Assembly (NCBI GenBank): GCA_977020255.1
Contig: CDROCS010003917.1
Location: 62,001 to 126,000, forward strand
Reading direction: 5' to 3'
DNA: 64,000 nt
Origin: Obrimoposthia wandeli
Taxonomy: Eukaryota
Shown here: one piece after another, positions 50,238-61,056 of the stretch
Layout: each line of letters opens with the position of its first letter
How positions within the stretch are numbered: position 1 is the first letter of the stretch
Program-made: the position numbers and the translations under genes
Notes under the pieces: model-generated
What the model was told of the DNA's origin: nothing
Databases searched by the model: none
Seen by the model: the letters and a program-made list of their open reading frames with translations, nothing else

Positions 50238-51155
50238 TTATCTAGCTAGAGGCGCTCTCTTAACTAATTGCATTTTTTCTCTTACTTGGGCAGCACTCAT
50301 CAGTGTTGCGCCCATATTGGTGGCAATAGTAGCGGCTTTTTCAACTAGCTGTGCGTTGGTGGCTAATTGACCTTTAGCTAGCCATAAGTTGTCTTCAAGG
50401 CCAACACGGATGTTGCCGCCAGCGAGTATTGCCGCTGCAGTGAAAGGCATTTGGTTACGGCCAATTGAAAAGGCAGAGAAAGTCCAAGATTGTGGAATGT
50501 TATTAACCATCGCCATAAAGGTATTAAGGTCATCAGGTGCACCCCATGGAATACCCATGCACAATTGGATCATGACTGGATCTTGGATAATGCCTTCACT
50601 GACAAGTTGCTTGGCTAGCCATAAATGACCGGTATCGAATGCTTCGATTTCTGGTCTTACACCCATGTCTGTCATCATTTGGCCCATCGCACGTAACATG
50701 CCTGGGGTGTTAGTCATGACATAGTCCGCTTCTGCAAAATTCATAGTGCCGCAATCTAGCGTGCAAATTTCAGGTAAACACTGGCGTACATGCTCCACGC
50801 GCTCACTTGCTCCTACCATATCCGTAGCTGCTGCATTTAGCGGAAAAGGTGCTTCGGCATCTCCAAATACGATATCGCCACCCATACCTGCGGTTAAGTT
50901 AAGCACCATATCTACTTCAGACTCGCGCACGCGCTCGGTAAGCTCTCGATACAATTCGACATCACGGCTCGGTGCGCCCGTTTTCGAATCTCGCACGTGG
51001 CAATGCACTACTGCAGCGCCCGCTTTAGCTGCATCAATACAGCTTTCGGCAATTTGCTTAGGGGAGCGGGGTACATGAGGAGAGCGATCTTGAGTAGCAC
51101 CCGATCCTGTGACAGCACAAGTTATAAAAGGCGTGAGATTTGCTTGTAATGGCAT
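50238..51155 (-). CDS. cdhC: Beta-keto acid cleavage enzyme (BKACE; dehydrocarnitine cleavage CdhC-like)
   Basis: ITCAVTG, VVHCHVRD, PEICTLDCGTMNF, IRVGLEDN; upstream of carnitine dehydrogenase. Confidence 0.85.
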   Translation of the reverse strand: MPLQANLTPFITCAVTGSGATQDRSPHVPRSPKQIAESCIDAAKAGAAVVHCHVRDSKTGAPSRDVELYRELTERVRESEVDMVLNLTAGMGGDIVFGDAEAPFPLNAAATDMVGASERVEHVRQCLPEICTLDCGTMNFAEADYVMTNTPGMLRAMGQMMTDMGVRPEIEAFDTGHLWLAKQLVSEGIIQDPVMIQLCMGIPWGAPDDLNTFMAMVNNIPQSWTFSAFSIGRNQMPFTAAAILAGGNIRVGLEDNLWLAKGQLATNAQLVEKAATIATNMGATLMSAAQVREKMQLVKRAPLAR

Positions 51156-52074
51156 AATGAAATTCCGTGAAAGAGTTGAGTGTTTTATTCCTTCAGCAAC
51201 CGCCTGTTATGTTCTAGCTTTTTACACTATCACTTCTTATGTTATAAACAGTGGCAAGCTGAGGAATTCTTGTTATTTTGATATAAGTTATAAAATCATT
51301 AGAGAGATAGTGTCATGTGAGAACTTAAACTGTTTAACGTTTATTACCTTTTATTTGATAATAAGCGAAGTCATGCGGTAAAAGTTAATAGTTGGGTGTT
51401 TATGCGCTATCTAACTAAGTGTTAGATATATCAAGTTTAAGCTTCAATTGCTGACTGAAGATCACTCTAGCTTATGCTGGCAATATTGAGTGCTGGATTT
51501 AACGCTTTTTTTTCAATTTGAGTCATTACAAGATAGCTAGAAAATCACCTCACACAGATTCGTAATGCCACTGATTCATTTATTTTGGCAACCAACGTTA
51601 GGTGCACAATGAAATGCCCAACAACATTGAAGATACATTTAGTGGGCTATATTAGGTGACTACTTCAGTTGACATACTCTTATCCGGATATTGATGCAGC
51701 TTGTAGCTATCTTGGTTATGCACACATATTGCAGGTAACTATTTTAAATTTGCAAAGCTAAGGTGGGCTATTCTACTTGATGCCAATGGCTATGCATCTG
51801 TTAGGGTTTACTCTCAAGAGCTGGAATAAGCATTTGTGCTAAATAAATTTGTGTTGATGGTTTGGATCGTTGTAGTTCAGTGTTCGTTACAATAATTAAT
51901 AGGAAATTGGGAAGAAAAAACAAAATTGGGTTTGCTACTGGAAAAGATAATAGAATTAATCAGTCCATTAAGAGATAAACTTATAATAGAAGGTACAGTT
52001 CATAACCAAAACTGGTCAGCTATTAATGAAAATAGCACCAAACTAACTTTATTTGAAAAATTTTCAATTATCAG

Positions 52075-52110
52075 TTGACGCCAGCTCCCGTATCTATATA
52101 ATTCGCCTCC
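52075..52110 (+). promoter_or_regulatory. rrn P1 promoter
   Basis: TTGACG-16 bp-TATAAT with GC-rich discriminator and A/T-rich upstream tract. Confidence 0.85.
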
Positions 52111-52271
52111 TCGCTAACGGGGCAACCCGAAAAACGAGACAATAACTAAACATTAAATGCTTTATAAAGCATTGTTTTAAAATGATTAATTGTTGTTATG
52201 GTTGAGTTTCGATCATCGTTTTTGAGTTTTGTCTTCACTGAAAACAAACTTAAAAATAAACGAATAAATGA

Positions 52272-52307
52272 TTGACTTACCGAGCTGCGAATATATAATA
52301 CGCACCT
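52272..52307 (+). promoter_or_regulatory. rrn P2 promoter
   Basis: TTGACT-16 bp-TATAAT-acgcacc. Confidence 0.85.
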
Positions 52308-52385
52308 CACTTAAACGGAGTCGCAAACATCAGCGATTCAGTATTAAGAATTACTTTCAAGTAACGCTTAATTAAACGTTTATAC

Positions 52386-52397
52386 GCTCTTTAAAAA
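52386..52397 (+). promoter_or_regulatory. Leader boxA antiterminator
   Basis: gctctttaaaaa; spacer boxA gctctttaacaa at 54416-54427; leader gtcagataattcgtgtg complementary to cacacgaattatctgac just after the 16S (RNase III stem). Confidence 0.8.
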
Positions 52398-52664
52398 TTT
52401 GGTCAGATAATTCGTGTGGGCGCTTGTCGATATTAGCTACAAAAGCTTAATAGCATTGTAAGTAACTTAAATTTTTTGGAAACAAAAAGTTAACGTTGAC
52501 TTGCTAATATCAAGACAAGCAACCACGTGAAATCATGCAAAATATTATATTTTAAAGGATGAATAAGTTTACTTGTTTATCTGAATGAAAGAACACCTAT
52601 TTATAGGTCAAAGGTTAGCAAATCTTGAGCCGTTTTTAACTTCGGTTAAAAACACAAAATTCTT

Positions 52665-52906
52665 AAATTGAAGAGTTTGATCATGGCTCAGATTGAACGC
52701 TGGCGGTAGGCTTAACACATGCAAGTCGAGCGGAAACGATGTAGCTTGCTACAGGCGTCGAGCGGCGGACGGGTGAGTAACGCGTAGGAATCTGCCTAGT
52801 AGTGGGGGATAGCCCAGAGAAATTTGGATTAATACTGCATACGCCCCACGGAAAGGAGGGGACTCATTTATGAGCCTTTCGCTATTAGATGAGCCTGCGT
52901 AAGATT

Positions 52907-52943
<37 letters not shown>

Positions 52944-52956
52944 TCTTTAGCTGGTT

Positions 52957-53030
<74 letters not shown>

Positions 53031-53158
53031 CACAATGGGCGCAAGCCTGATGCAGCCATGCCGCGTGTGTGAAGAAGGCCTTCGGGTTGTAAAGCACTTT
53101 CAGCTGTGAGGAAAGGTTGTACATTAATACTGTGCAGCTGTGACGTTAACAGCAGAAG

Positions 53159-53214
<56 letters not shown>

Positions 53215-53215
53215 A

Positions 53216-53249
<34 letters not shown>

Positions 53250-53441
53250 TTATTTAAGTCAGATGTGAAAGCCCTGGGCTCAACCTAGGAACTGCACCTG
53301 ATACTGGATAACTAGAGTACAGAAGAGGGTGGTGGAATTTCCTGTGTAGCGGTGAAATGCGTAGATATAGGAAGGAACATCAGTGGCGAAGGCGGCCACC
53401 TGGTCTGATACTGACGCTGAGGTGCGAAAGCGTGGGTAGCG

Positions 53442-53482
<41 letters not shown>

Positions 53483-53577
53483 TCTACTAGCCGTTGGGGA
53501 GCTTGTCTCTTTAGTGGCGCAGCTAACGCATTAAGTAGACCGCCTGGGGAGTACGGTCGCAAGATTAAAACTCAAAT

Positions 53578-53646
<69 letters not shown>

Positions 53647-53704
53647 AACTCTTGACATCCAGAGAATTCGCTAGAGATAGCTTAGTGCCTTCGGGAACTC
53701 TGAG

Positions 53705-53778
<74 letters not shown>

Positions 53779-53872
53779 TCATTAGTTGCCAGCGCGTTAT
53801 GGCGGGGACTCTAATGAGACTGCCCGGGTTAACCGGGAGGAAGGTGGGGATGACGTCAAGTCCTCATGGCCC

Positions 53873-53904
<32 letters not shown>

Positions 53905-54029
53905 GCGGTACAGAGGGCTGCAATCTCGCGAGAGGGAGCTAATCTCACAAAACCGGTCGTAGTCCGGATCGGAGTCTGCAACTCGACTCCGTGAAGTTGG
54001 AATCGCTAGTAATCGTGGATCAGAATGCC

Positions 54030-54083
<54 letters not shown>

Positions 54084-54204
54084 GATTGCACCAGAAGTAG
54101 CTAGCTTAACCTTCGGGGGAGCGGTTACCACGGTGTGGTTCATGACTGGGGTGAAGTCGTAACAAGGTAGCCCTAGGGGAACCTGGGGCTGGATCACCTC
54201 CTTA
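52665..54204 (+). rRNA. rrs: 16S rRNA
   Basis: agagtttgatcatggctcag ... gtgccagcagccgcggtaa ... ggatcacctcctta. Confidence 0.99.
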
Positions 54205-54713
54205 AACGATTAGCTTTTATCGGCAAGCGTTCACACGAATTATCTGACTTAAATTAATAGAAAGCAAAGACGTGAGTCTTAACTCATTATTTATCCCTTA
54301 ATATTAATTAAAATAATCGGTTAAAGCTTAGTCTTCGATGTTTAACGACTATTATAGCTAACTTGTTAGATTTAATGCTTTATCTTGACATTATTTGCTT
54401 TGCAAATACGAAGTCGCTCTTTAACAATGTGGATTTGATGAAAAAAAGTCTTTAGGTTTTTTCTAATCAACTAAGTAGAATTTATTCTATTTATGAGACA
54501 AGAAAAGATCTTGTTTATGATGATGTACCGTCGAAAAGTACATCAACCAGTCATAAACGAAAATTTGGATTAAATGATTATCACTGATCGTTTAATCCTA
54601 TGTAGTTTAATCATACATGCCAAAAAATGATTAATAATGCTTACCCGCATTGTTAATCGGTGATTTTATCGTTACGAGAAACATGTTTCTTGCCAGACGC
54701 CTTCGGGTTATAT

Positions 54714-55754
54714 GGTCAAGTGACAAAGCGTGCACGGTGGATGCCTAGGCAGTCAGAGGCGAAGAAAGACGTTGTAACCTGCGATAAGGTGAGGGGAGCT
54801 GGTAAACAAGCTTTGATCCTCACATTTCTGAATGGGGAAACCCACTCTATTTATAGAGTATCCCATAGTGAATACATAGCTATGAGGAGGCGAACCCGGG
54901 GAACTGAAACATCTAAGTACCCGGAGGAAAAGAAATCAACCGAGATTCCCTAAGTAGCGGCGAGCGAACGGGGAGTAGCCCTTAAGCTAGATAGAAGTTA
55001 GTGGAACAAGCTGGGAAGCTTGGCCGTAGTGGTGATAGCCCCGTACACGAAAAGGCTCTTAAAATGAAAACGAGTAGGACGGGACACGTGATATCCTGTC
55101 TGAATATGGGGGGACCATCCTCCAAGGCTAAATACTCTGGACGACCGATAGTGAACCAGTACCGTGAGGGAAAGGCGAAAAAGAACCCCTGTGAGGGGAG
55201 TGAAATAGATCCTGAAACCGTGTACGTACAAGCAGTGGGAGCGGTCCTTGAGACCGTGACTGCGTACTTTTGTATAATGGGTCAACGACTTAATTTCAGT
55301 AGCAAGCTTAACCGTTTAGGGGAGGCGTAGGGAAACCGAGTCTTAATAGGGCGTATAGTTGCTGGGATTAGACCCGAAACCGAGCGATCTATCCATGGGC
55401 AGGTTGAAGGTTGAGTAACATCAACTGGAGGACCGAACCGACTACCGTTGAAAAGTTAGCGGATGACCTGTGGATCGGAGTGAAAGGCTAATCAAGCTCG
55501 GAGATAGCTGGTTCTCCTCGAAAGCTATTTAGGTAGCGCCTCGTGTCTCACCATTGGGGGTAGAGCACTGTTTCGGCTAGGGGGTCATCCCGACTTACCA
55601 ACCCGATGCAAACTCCGAATACCAATGAGTGCAATCACGGGAGACACACGGCGGGTGCTAACGTCCGTCGTGGAAAGGGAAACAACCCAGACCGTCAGCT
55701 AAGGTCCCAAAGTTACAGTTAAGTGGGAAACGATGTGGGAAGGCTTAGACAGCT

Positions 55755-55806
<52 letters not shown>

Positions 55807-56593
55807 AGTCGAGTCGGCCTGCGCGGAAGATATAACGGGGCTAAAACTGTACACCGAAGCTACGGACGCATGCTTGCATGCGTGGTAGAGGAGCGTTCTG
55901 TAAGTGGATGAAGGTCAAGGCGGGAGCCAGGCTGGACATATCAGAAGTGCGAATGTTGACATGAGTAACGATAAGGGGGGTGAAAAACCTCCCCGCCGGA
56001 AGACCAAGGGTTCCTGTCCAACGCTATTCGTGGCAGGGTGAGTCGGCTCCTAAGGCGAGGCAGAGATGCGTAGTCGATGGGAAGCGGGTTAATATTCCCG
56101 CACATTTTATAACTGCGATGGAGAGACGGAGCAGGCTAGGCGAGCGCGGCGATGGTTGTCCGTGTTTAAGCCCTTAGGCAGATATCTTAGGTAAATCCGG
56201 GATGTCCACTTTAGTGTGAATGCTGAGAGGTGATGACGAGGTCCTACGGGATTGAAGTCGTTGATGCCATACTTCCAGGAAAATCTTCTAAGCTTCAGGT
56301 TATAAAGTACCGTACCCCAAACCGACACAGGTGGTCAGGTAGAGAATACTAAGGCGTATGAGAGAACTCGGGTGAAGGAACTAGGCAAAATGGTGCCGTA
56401 ACTTCGGGAGAAGGCACGCCACTGAGGGTGATGGGATTTACTTCCTAAGCTATCGGTGGTCGAAGATACCAGGTGGCTGCGACTGTTTATTAAAAACACA
56501 GCACTGTGCAAACTCGAAAGAGGACGTATACGGTGTGACGCCTGCCCGGTGCCGGAAGGTTAATTGATGGGGTTAGCTTCGGCGAAGCTCTTG

Positions 56594-56687
<94 letters not shown>

Positions 56688-56949
56688 CGATGGCCACACT
56701 GTCTCCACCCGAGACTCAGTGAAATTGAAATCGCTGTGAAGATGCAGCGTCCCCGCGGCTAGACGGAAAGACCCCGTGAACCTTTACTATAGCTTCACAC
56801 TGGACTTTGACATTATTTGTGTAGGATAGCTGGGAGGCATTGAAGCGTTGACGCTAGTTGATGTGGAGCCAATCTTGAAATACCAGCCTGATAATGTTGA
56901 GGTTCTAACTCAGTTCCCTAAGCGGGATCGAGGACAGTGTGTGGTGGGT

Positions 56950-56992
<43 letters not shown>

Positions 56993-57095
56993 ACGAAGGT
57001 ACCCTCAGCATGGTCGGAAATCATGCAATGAGTGCAAGCGCATAAGGGTGCTTAACTGCGAGACAGACACGTCGAGCAGGTACGAAAGTAGGTGC

Positions 57096-57169
<74 letters not shown>

Positions 57170-57195
57170 TCCTCCCAAGAGTTCACATCGACGGG

Positions 57196-57241
<46 letters not shown>

Positions 57242-57243
57242 CC

Positions 57244-57276
<33 letters not shown>

Positions 57277-57353
57277 TGGTACGCGAGCTGGGTTTAGAAC
57301 GTCGTGAGACAGTTCGGTCCCTATCTGCCGTGGGCGTTTGAGATTTGAGAAGA

Positions 57354-57385
<32 letters not shown>

Positions 57386-57435
57386 GAACCTCTGGTGTTC
57401 GGGTTGTCACGCCAGTGGCATTGCCCGGTAGCTAC

Positions 57436-57478
<43 letters not shown>

Positions 57479-57613
57479 CCTTCAAGATGAGATCTCGCTG
57501 GGAACTAGATTCCCCTAAAGAGCCGTTTAAGACTAAGACGTTGATAGGTTGGGTGTGTAAGGGCTGTGAGGTCTTGAGCTAACCAATACTAATTGCTCGT
57601 GAGGCTTGACCAT
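54714..57613 (+). rRNA. rrl: 23S rRNA
   Basis: ggtcaagtg...cggtggatgcc start, peptidyl-transferase-centre sequences, gaggcttgaccat end. Confidence 0.99.
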
Positions 57614-57679
57614 ATAACGCCAAAGGCGTTTGGAAGAGATTGGTAACGTGTAACAAAAAGATAAAATCACATTAGGTTG

Positions 57680-57715
57680 TTGATTTGACTACATAAAAGA
57701 CTATAATACGCGCTC
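57680..57715 (+). promoter_or_regulatory. Putative internal sigma70 promoter before 5S
   Basis: TTGATT-16 bp-TATAAT-acgcgc, same architecture as rrn P2. Confidence 0.55.
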
Positions 57716-57801
57716 TAATAAAGCGACATCAAATCCAGATTGATCTGTAGAGGTAGGTTATCGCAAGGTAACAAAAGAAAACCTTTAGAGATAACAGTTT
57801 A

Positions 57802-57919
57802 TGTTTGGCAACCATAGCGAATTGGACCCACCTGATCCCATCCCGAACTCAGAAGTGAAACGATTTAGCGCCGATGGTAGTGTGGGGTCTCCCCATGTGA
57901 GAGTAGGTCATTGCCAAGC
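57802..57919 (+). rRNA. rrf: 5S rRNA
   Basis: tgtttggcaa...ccgaactcagaagtgaaac...gccgatggtag...ttgccaagc. Confidence 0.97.
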
Positions 57920-57932
57920 TTTTATTCCGATG

Positions 57933-57966
57933 AACCCCAAGTGCTGTGAAGTGCTTGGGGTTTTTT
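57933..57966 (+). terminator. rrn terminator, repeated at 58146-58179, 58359-58392 and degenerate at 58460-58491
   Basis: ccccaag...cttgggg stem followed by T6. Confidence 0.85.
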
Positions 57967-58062
57967 CGTTTGGGTACACAAAATAAGTAGGTAAAGCTCA
58001 GTTGATTAACGGCTGTGCTCGTGCAGAGCAATCCCATCCACTCTTTATCCGCCGCGGCACGT

Positions 58063-58132
58063 AGAAGTGAAACGATTTAGCGCCGATGGTAGTGTGGGGT
58101 CTCCCCTAGGGATACGTAGGTCATTGCCAAGC
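58063..58132 (+). pseudogene. 3'-half 5S rRNA copy 1
   Basis: agaagtgaaacgatttagcgccgatggtagtgtggggtctcccc...gtaggtcattgccaagc without the 5' tgtttggcaa strand. Confidence 0.85.
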
Positions 58133-58275
58133 TTTTATTCCGATGAACCCCAAGTACTGTTAAGTGCTTGGGGTTTTTTCGTTTGAGTACACAAAATAAG
58201 TAGTAAAAGCTCTGTTGATTAACAGCTGTGCTTTTGCAGAGCAATCCCATCCACTCTTTATCCGCCGTGGCACGT

Positions 58276-58345
58276 AGAAGTGAAACGATTTAGCGCCGAT
58301 GGTAGTGTGGGGTCTCCCCTAGGGATACGTAGGTCATTGCCAAGC
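58276..58345 (+). pseudogene. 3'-half 5S rRNA copy 2
   Basis: Identical by eye to copy 1, 213 bp downstream. Confidence 0.85.
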
Positions 58346-58810
58346 TTTTATTCCGATGAACCCCAAGTACTGTAAAGTGCTTGGGGTTTTTTCGTTGAAC
58401 ACCTCATTAACAGCTGTGCTTTTGCATTCTCTTTATCACGTGCATGGTAACGTAGGTTACCCCAAGTACTGTTAAGTGCTTAGGTTTCTTTGTTTTGATG
58501 GGAAAAGCAATATGAAAATTAGCATTCTCTTCCTACATTCGGTACTGTCAGTGCCGTCAAAGATTCTATCGGATCTATATTTTCAAATGTAAAGAAGCGA
58601 ATCACGCTGCATAGATCAATTATGCTAATTGGACACTATCACTATGCAAAGTCGCGCGAACCATAAATACAATAGTGTCTGAATTTCTTTTCTGAGGCTA
58701 ATTGCAACCAGAAGCGGCGTAGACCAATCCAGTTATAAAAAAAGTGATTTAGATAAAAAAATGATATGTAGCTAGCAGGCTAATTTTATGTCAAATTTAG
58801 CCAGCTGAAT

Positions 58811-59953
58811 TTATGCTTTAAGTGCTTGCTCCATATCGGTAATTAAATCATCAACGCATTCAATACCGATAGAAATGCGCAGTAGATCTACAGGGCAAGG
58901 CGTTCCAGGACCTTCTACGCTTGCGCGATGCTCAACTAGACTTTCTACGCCACCCAGTGAAGTTGCGCGCTTAATCAATGTTAGATTAGCAGCGGCTTTA
59001 ATAGCTGCTTGCTCACCACCTCTCACTCTAAGACTTAACATGCCACCAAAAGCACCTTTCATTTGTTTTTTAGCAAGTGCATGACCTTTAAAGCTCGGTA
59101 AGCCTGGATAGAGAACTTCTTCAATAAGAGGATGTTCTTCAAAGGCCTGTGCAAATGTTAATGCGTTGGCAGATGCTTGCTTAACACGTACTGATAGGGT
59201 GCGCATCCCGCGCATGAGCAACCAAGCTTCAAATGGGCCAAGTACTGCTCCACCTGATGCGCGAATGCCGCGCATTTTTTCCCAATGCTGATCTTCAGTC
59301 TTACAGACTAGAGCGCCAGCAAGTACATCTGAATGTCCGTTTAAATACTTGGTTGCCGAGTGCATAACAATATCAGCACCTAGTTCTAAAGGGTTACACA
59401 AAAGGGGAGTCGCTATCGTATTATCGACGGCTAAGCGTGCATCTATACTTTTTGCAATTGCCGCCCAAGCGGCTATGTCTTCAATTTCCCAAGTTGGATT
59501 TGCTGGCGTTTCTAGCCACAACAGCTTTGTTTTTCCTGGGATGACGGCGGCTTTCACAGCTTCTATATTACCGTTTTCGACAAAAGTAGTTTCGATACCC
59601 CAATCACTGGCAAAGTTCATTAACCAGTTACGAAATGACCAATAAATGACTTTTGGAACAACAACGTGGTCACCTGGTTTTAATGACATAAAAACGCAAA
59701 CAGCAGCAGACATCCCCGAAGAAAAAAGCATGGCAGCAGCCCCTTTCTCTAAACTGGCTAATACTTGCTCTGGTTGTTCGTAATTAGGGTTGTGATCACG
59801 CGTATAAATTTTACCATTTGGATAGCTGTTATCTGCTGATCGTTCAAATGTTGTACTTGGAAATATACCGGGTATTACGCCTAAATGTTGTTCATCCATG
59901 AAACCTAGGCCATGTGCTAAAATTGTTTCGTCAGCGTGTTTTTCAATACTCAA
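58811..59953 (-). CDS. Cys/Met-metabolism PLP enzyme (cystathionine gamma-synthase/lyase family)
   Basis: FSSGMSA, ETPANPT, VDNT, HSATKYLNGHSDV, SLGGVESL. Confidence 0.9.
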   Translation of the reverse strand: MSIEKHADETILAHGLGFMDEQHLGVIPGIFPSTTFERSADNSYPNGKIYTRDHNPNYEQPEQVLASLEKGAAAMLFSSGMSAAVCVFMSLKPGDHVVVPKVIYWSFRNWLMNFASDWGIETTFVENGNIEAVKAAVIPGKTKLLWLETPANPTWEIEDIAAWAAIAKSIDARLAVDNTIATPLLCNPLELGADIVMHSATKYLNGHSDVLAGALVCKTEDQHWEKMRGIRASGGAVLGPFEAWLLMRGMRTLSVRVKQASANALTFAQAFEEHPLIEEVLYPGLPSFKGHALAKKQMKGAFGGMLSLRVRGGEQAAIKAAANLTLIKRATSLGGVESLVEHRASVEGPGTPCPVDLLRISIGIECVDDLITDMEQALKA

Positions 59954-60135
59954 TGTCTATCGCCTCTTAAATTAAAAAAATCTTGGTAAATATGTGAATG
60001 ATCTTTTGAAGTGTTTTTTAACTGTGCTAGTTATTAACTGCTTTAGTCTAACTGCTAGTGTTTGGCTAAAGCGAGCTTGGATTTAATCCAAAATAGAAGC
60101 TACAAACTATCACCAGAAGGTGAGATTTACTAATT

Positions 60136-60987
60136 TTAAAGTTGATAAAGCAGCTTAGCATTATCATGCATCAATTTCTGTTTTTGGTGCTCTGTTAAAT
60201 CTAGAGCATTATAGCTAAGCCACAATTGTTGGTAAGAGCAACTAAATAAACAAAGTGGAAAATTACTGGCTAACATGATTTTGTCAATGGCAAAATGTGT
60301 CAGTAAAAAATCAATAATTAGTTGCACATATTGTTGGGAGTATTGACGATCAATCATCTCCCATCCTGAAGCTTTTATGTAAACATTATTATAGGCAGAT
60401 AATGCTTGTATGTGGCACTGCCATTGTTCGTACTCACATTTTGCAGGGTTGGGAAAGGCGCCGTGGTTAATAACAATTTTAAGTGTTGAAATAACATTTA
60501 AAATATCTATAAGTGCTGTTAGGGCAGGTGTATCTGAGCCATTTAACTGACATTCAAAAATACCGTAATGATCAGCAATTGTTTGTAAATTTTGTCGTAC
60601 CTGCGGTATGTTTAATAGATCAGCTGCATCATCATCCAAAATATGTCTAAAACCTATAACTGAATTTTGCTGATTTAATCGTTTGATAAGTGTTAAAAAA
60701 TCATCAGTTGGTAGCGTTAAATCGATATTGGCAATAGTTTTAAATTGACCAGTGGCTATTGATTCTAACCATTGAATTTCACGCCAAGGTGCTATGTTAT
60801 CAAACCCCGCTTCTATATGAATAAAACCGGCATGTTCAAGCGGCTGTTCTAATGATAAATCGATTGGGGTGAAGTTTTTATTGATAACTTGTTTATCAGG
60901 CCAGTGTGGCGGGTTCTTTGCTTTTAACCATGAATATTGACCTAGGTCTAAGTCAAAAAAATGTAAATGAGGGTCAATAATTTTCAT
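60136..60987 (-). CDS. Amidohydrolase_2 family (sugar-lactonase-like)
   Basis: IDPHLHF, GFRHIL, VINHG, MLASNFP. Confidence 0.82.
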   Translation of the reverse strand: MKIIDPHLHFFDLDLGQYSWLKAKNPPHWPDKQVINKNFTPIDLSLEQPLEHAGFIHIEAGFDNIAPWREIQWLESIATGQFKTIANIDLTLPTDDFLTLIKRLNQQNSVIGFRHILDDDAADLLNIPQVRQNLQTIADHYGIFECQLNGSDTPALTALIDILNVISTLKIVINHGAFPNPAKCEYEQWQCHIQALSAYNNVYIKASGWEMIDRQYSQQYVQLIIDFLLTHFAIDKIMLASNFPLCLFSCSYQQLWLSYNALDLTEHQKQKLMHDNAKLLYQL

Positions 60988-61056
60988 AGAGTAGCCTTTT
61001 TTTAACTGGATGATCATTAGCTTGTTAAAAAAAGCTAAGTAGGTAGTTACATTTAA

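Noticed and set aside
51380-52070. Long ORF-free stretch before rrn P1
   Set aside because: Frames read by eye on the + strand gave no recognisable protein; part is normal rrn upstream activation sequence; BLASTX would be needed
52909-58037. Short ORFs inside the rRNA operon
   Set aside because: They overlap 16S, 23S and 5S sequence and are chance frames
57851-58491. CRISPR interpretation of the post-5S repeats
   Set aside because: Repeats are 5S-derived, spacers are similar to each other, and no cas genes are present
58811-59953. Trans-sulfuration enzyme as a canavanine gamma-lyase feeding the thrBC cluster
   Set aside because: About 50 kb away with no linkage; substrate cannot be read from the sequence
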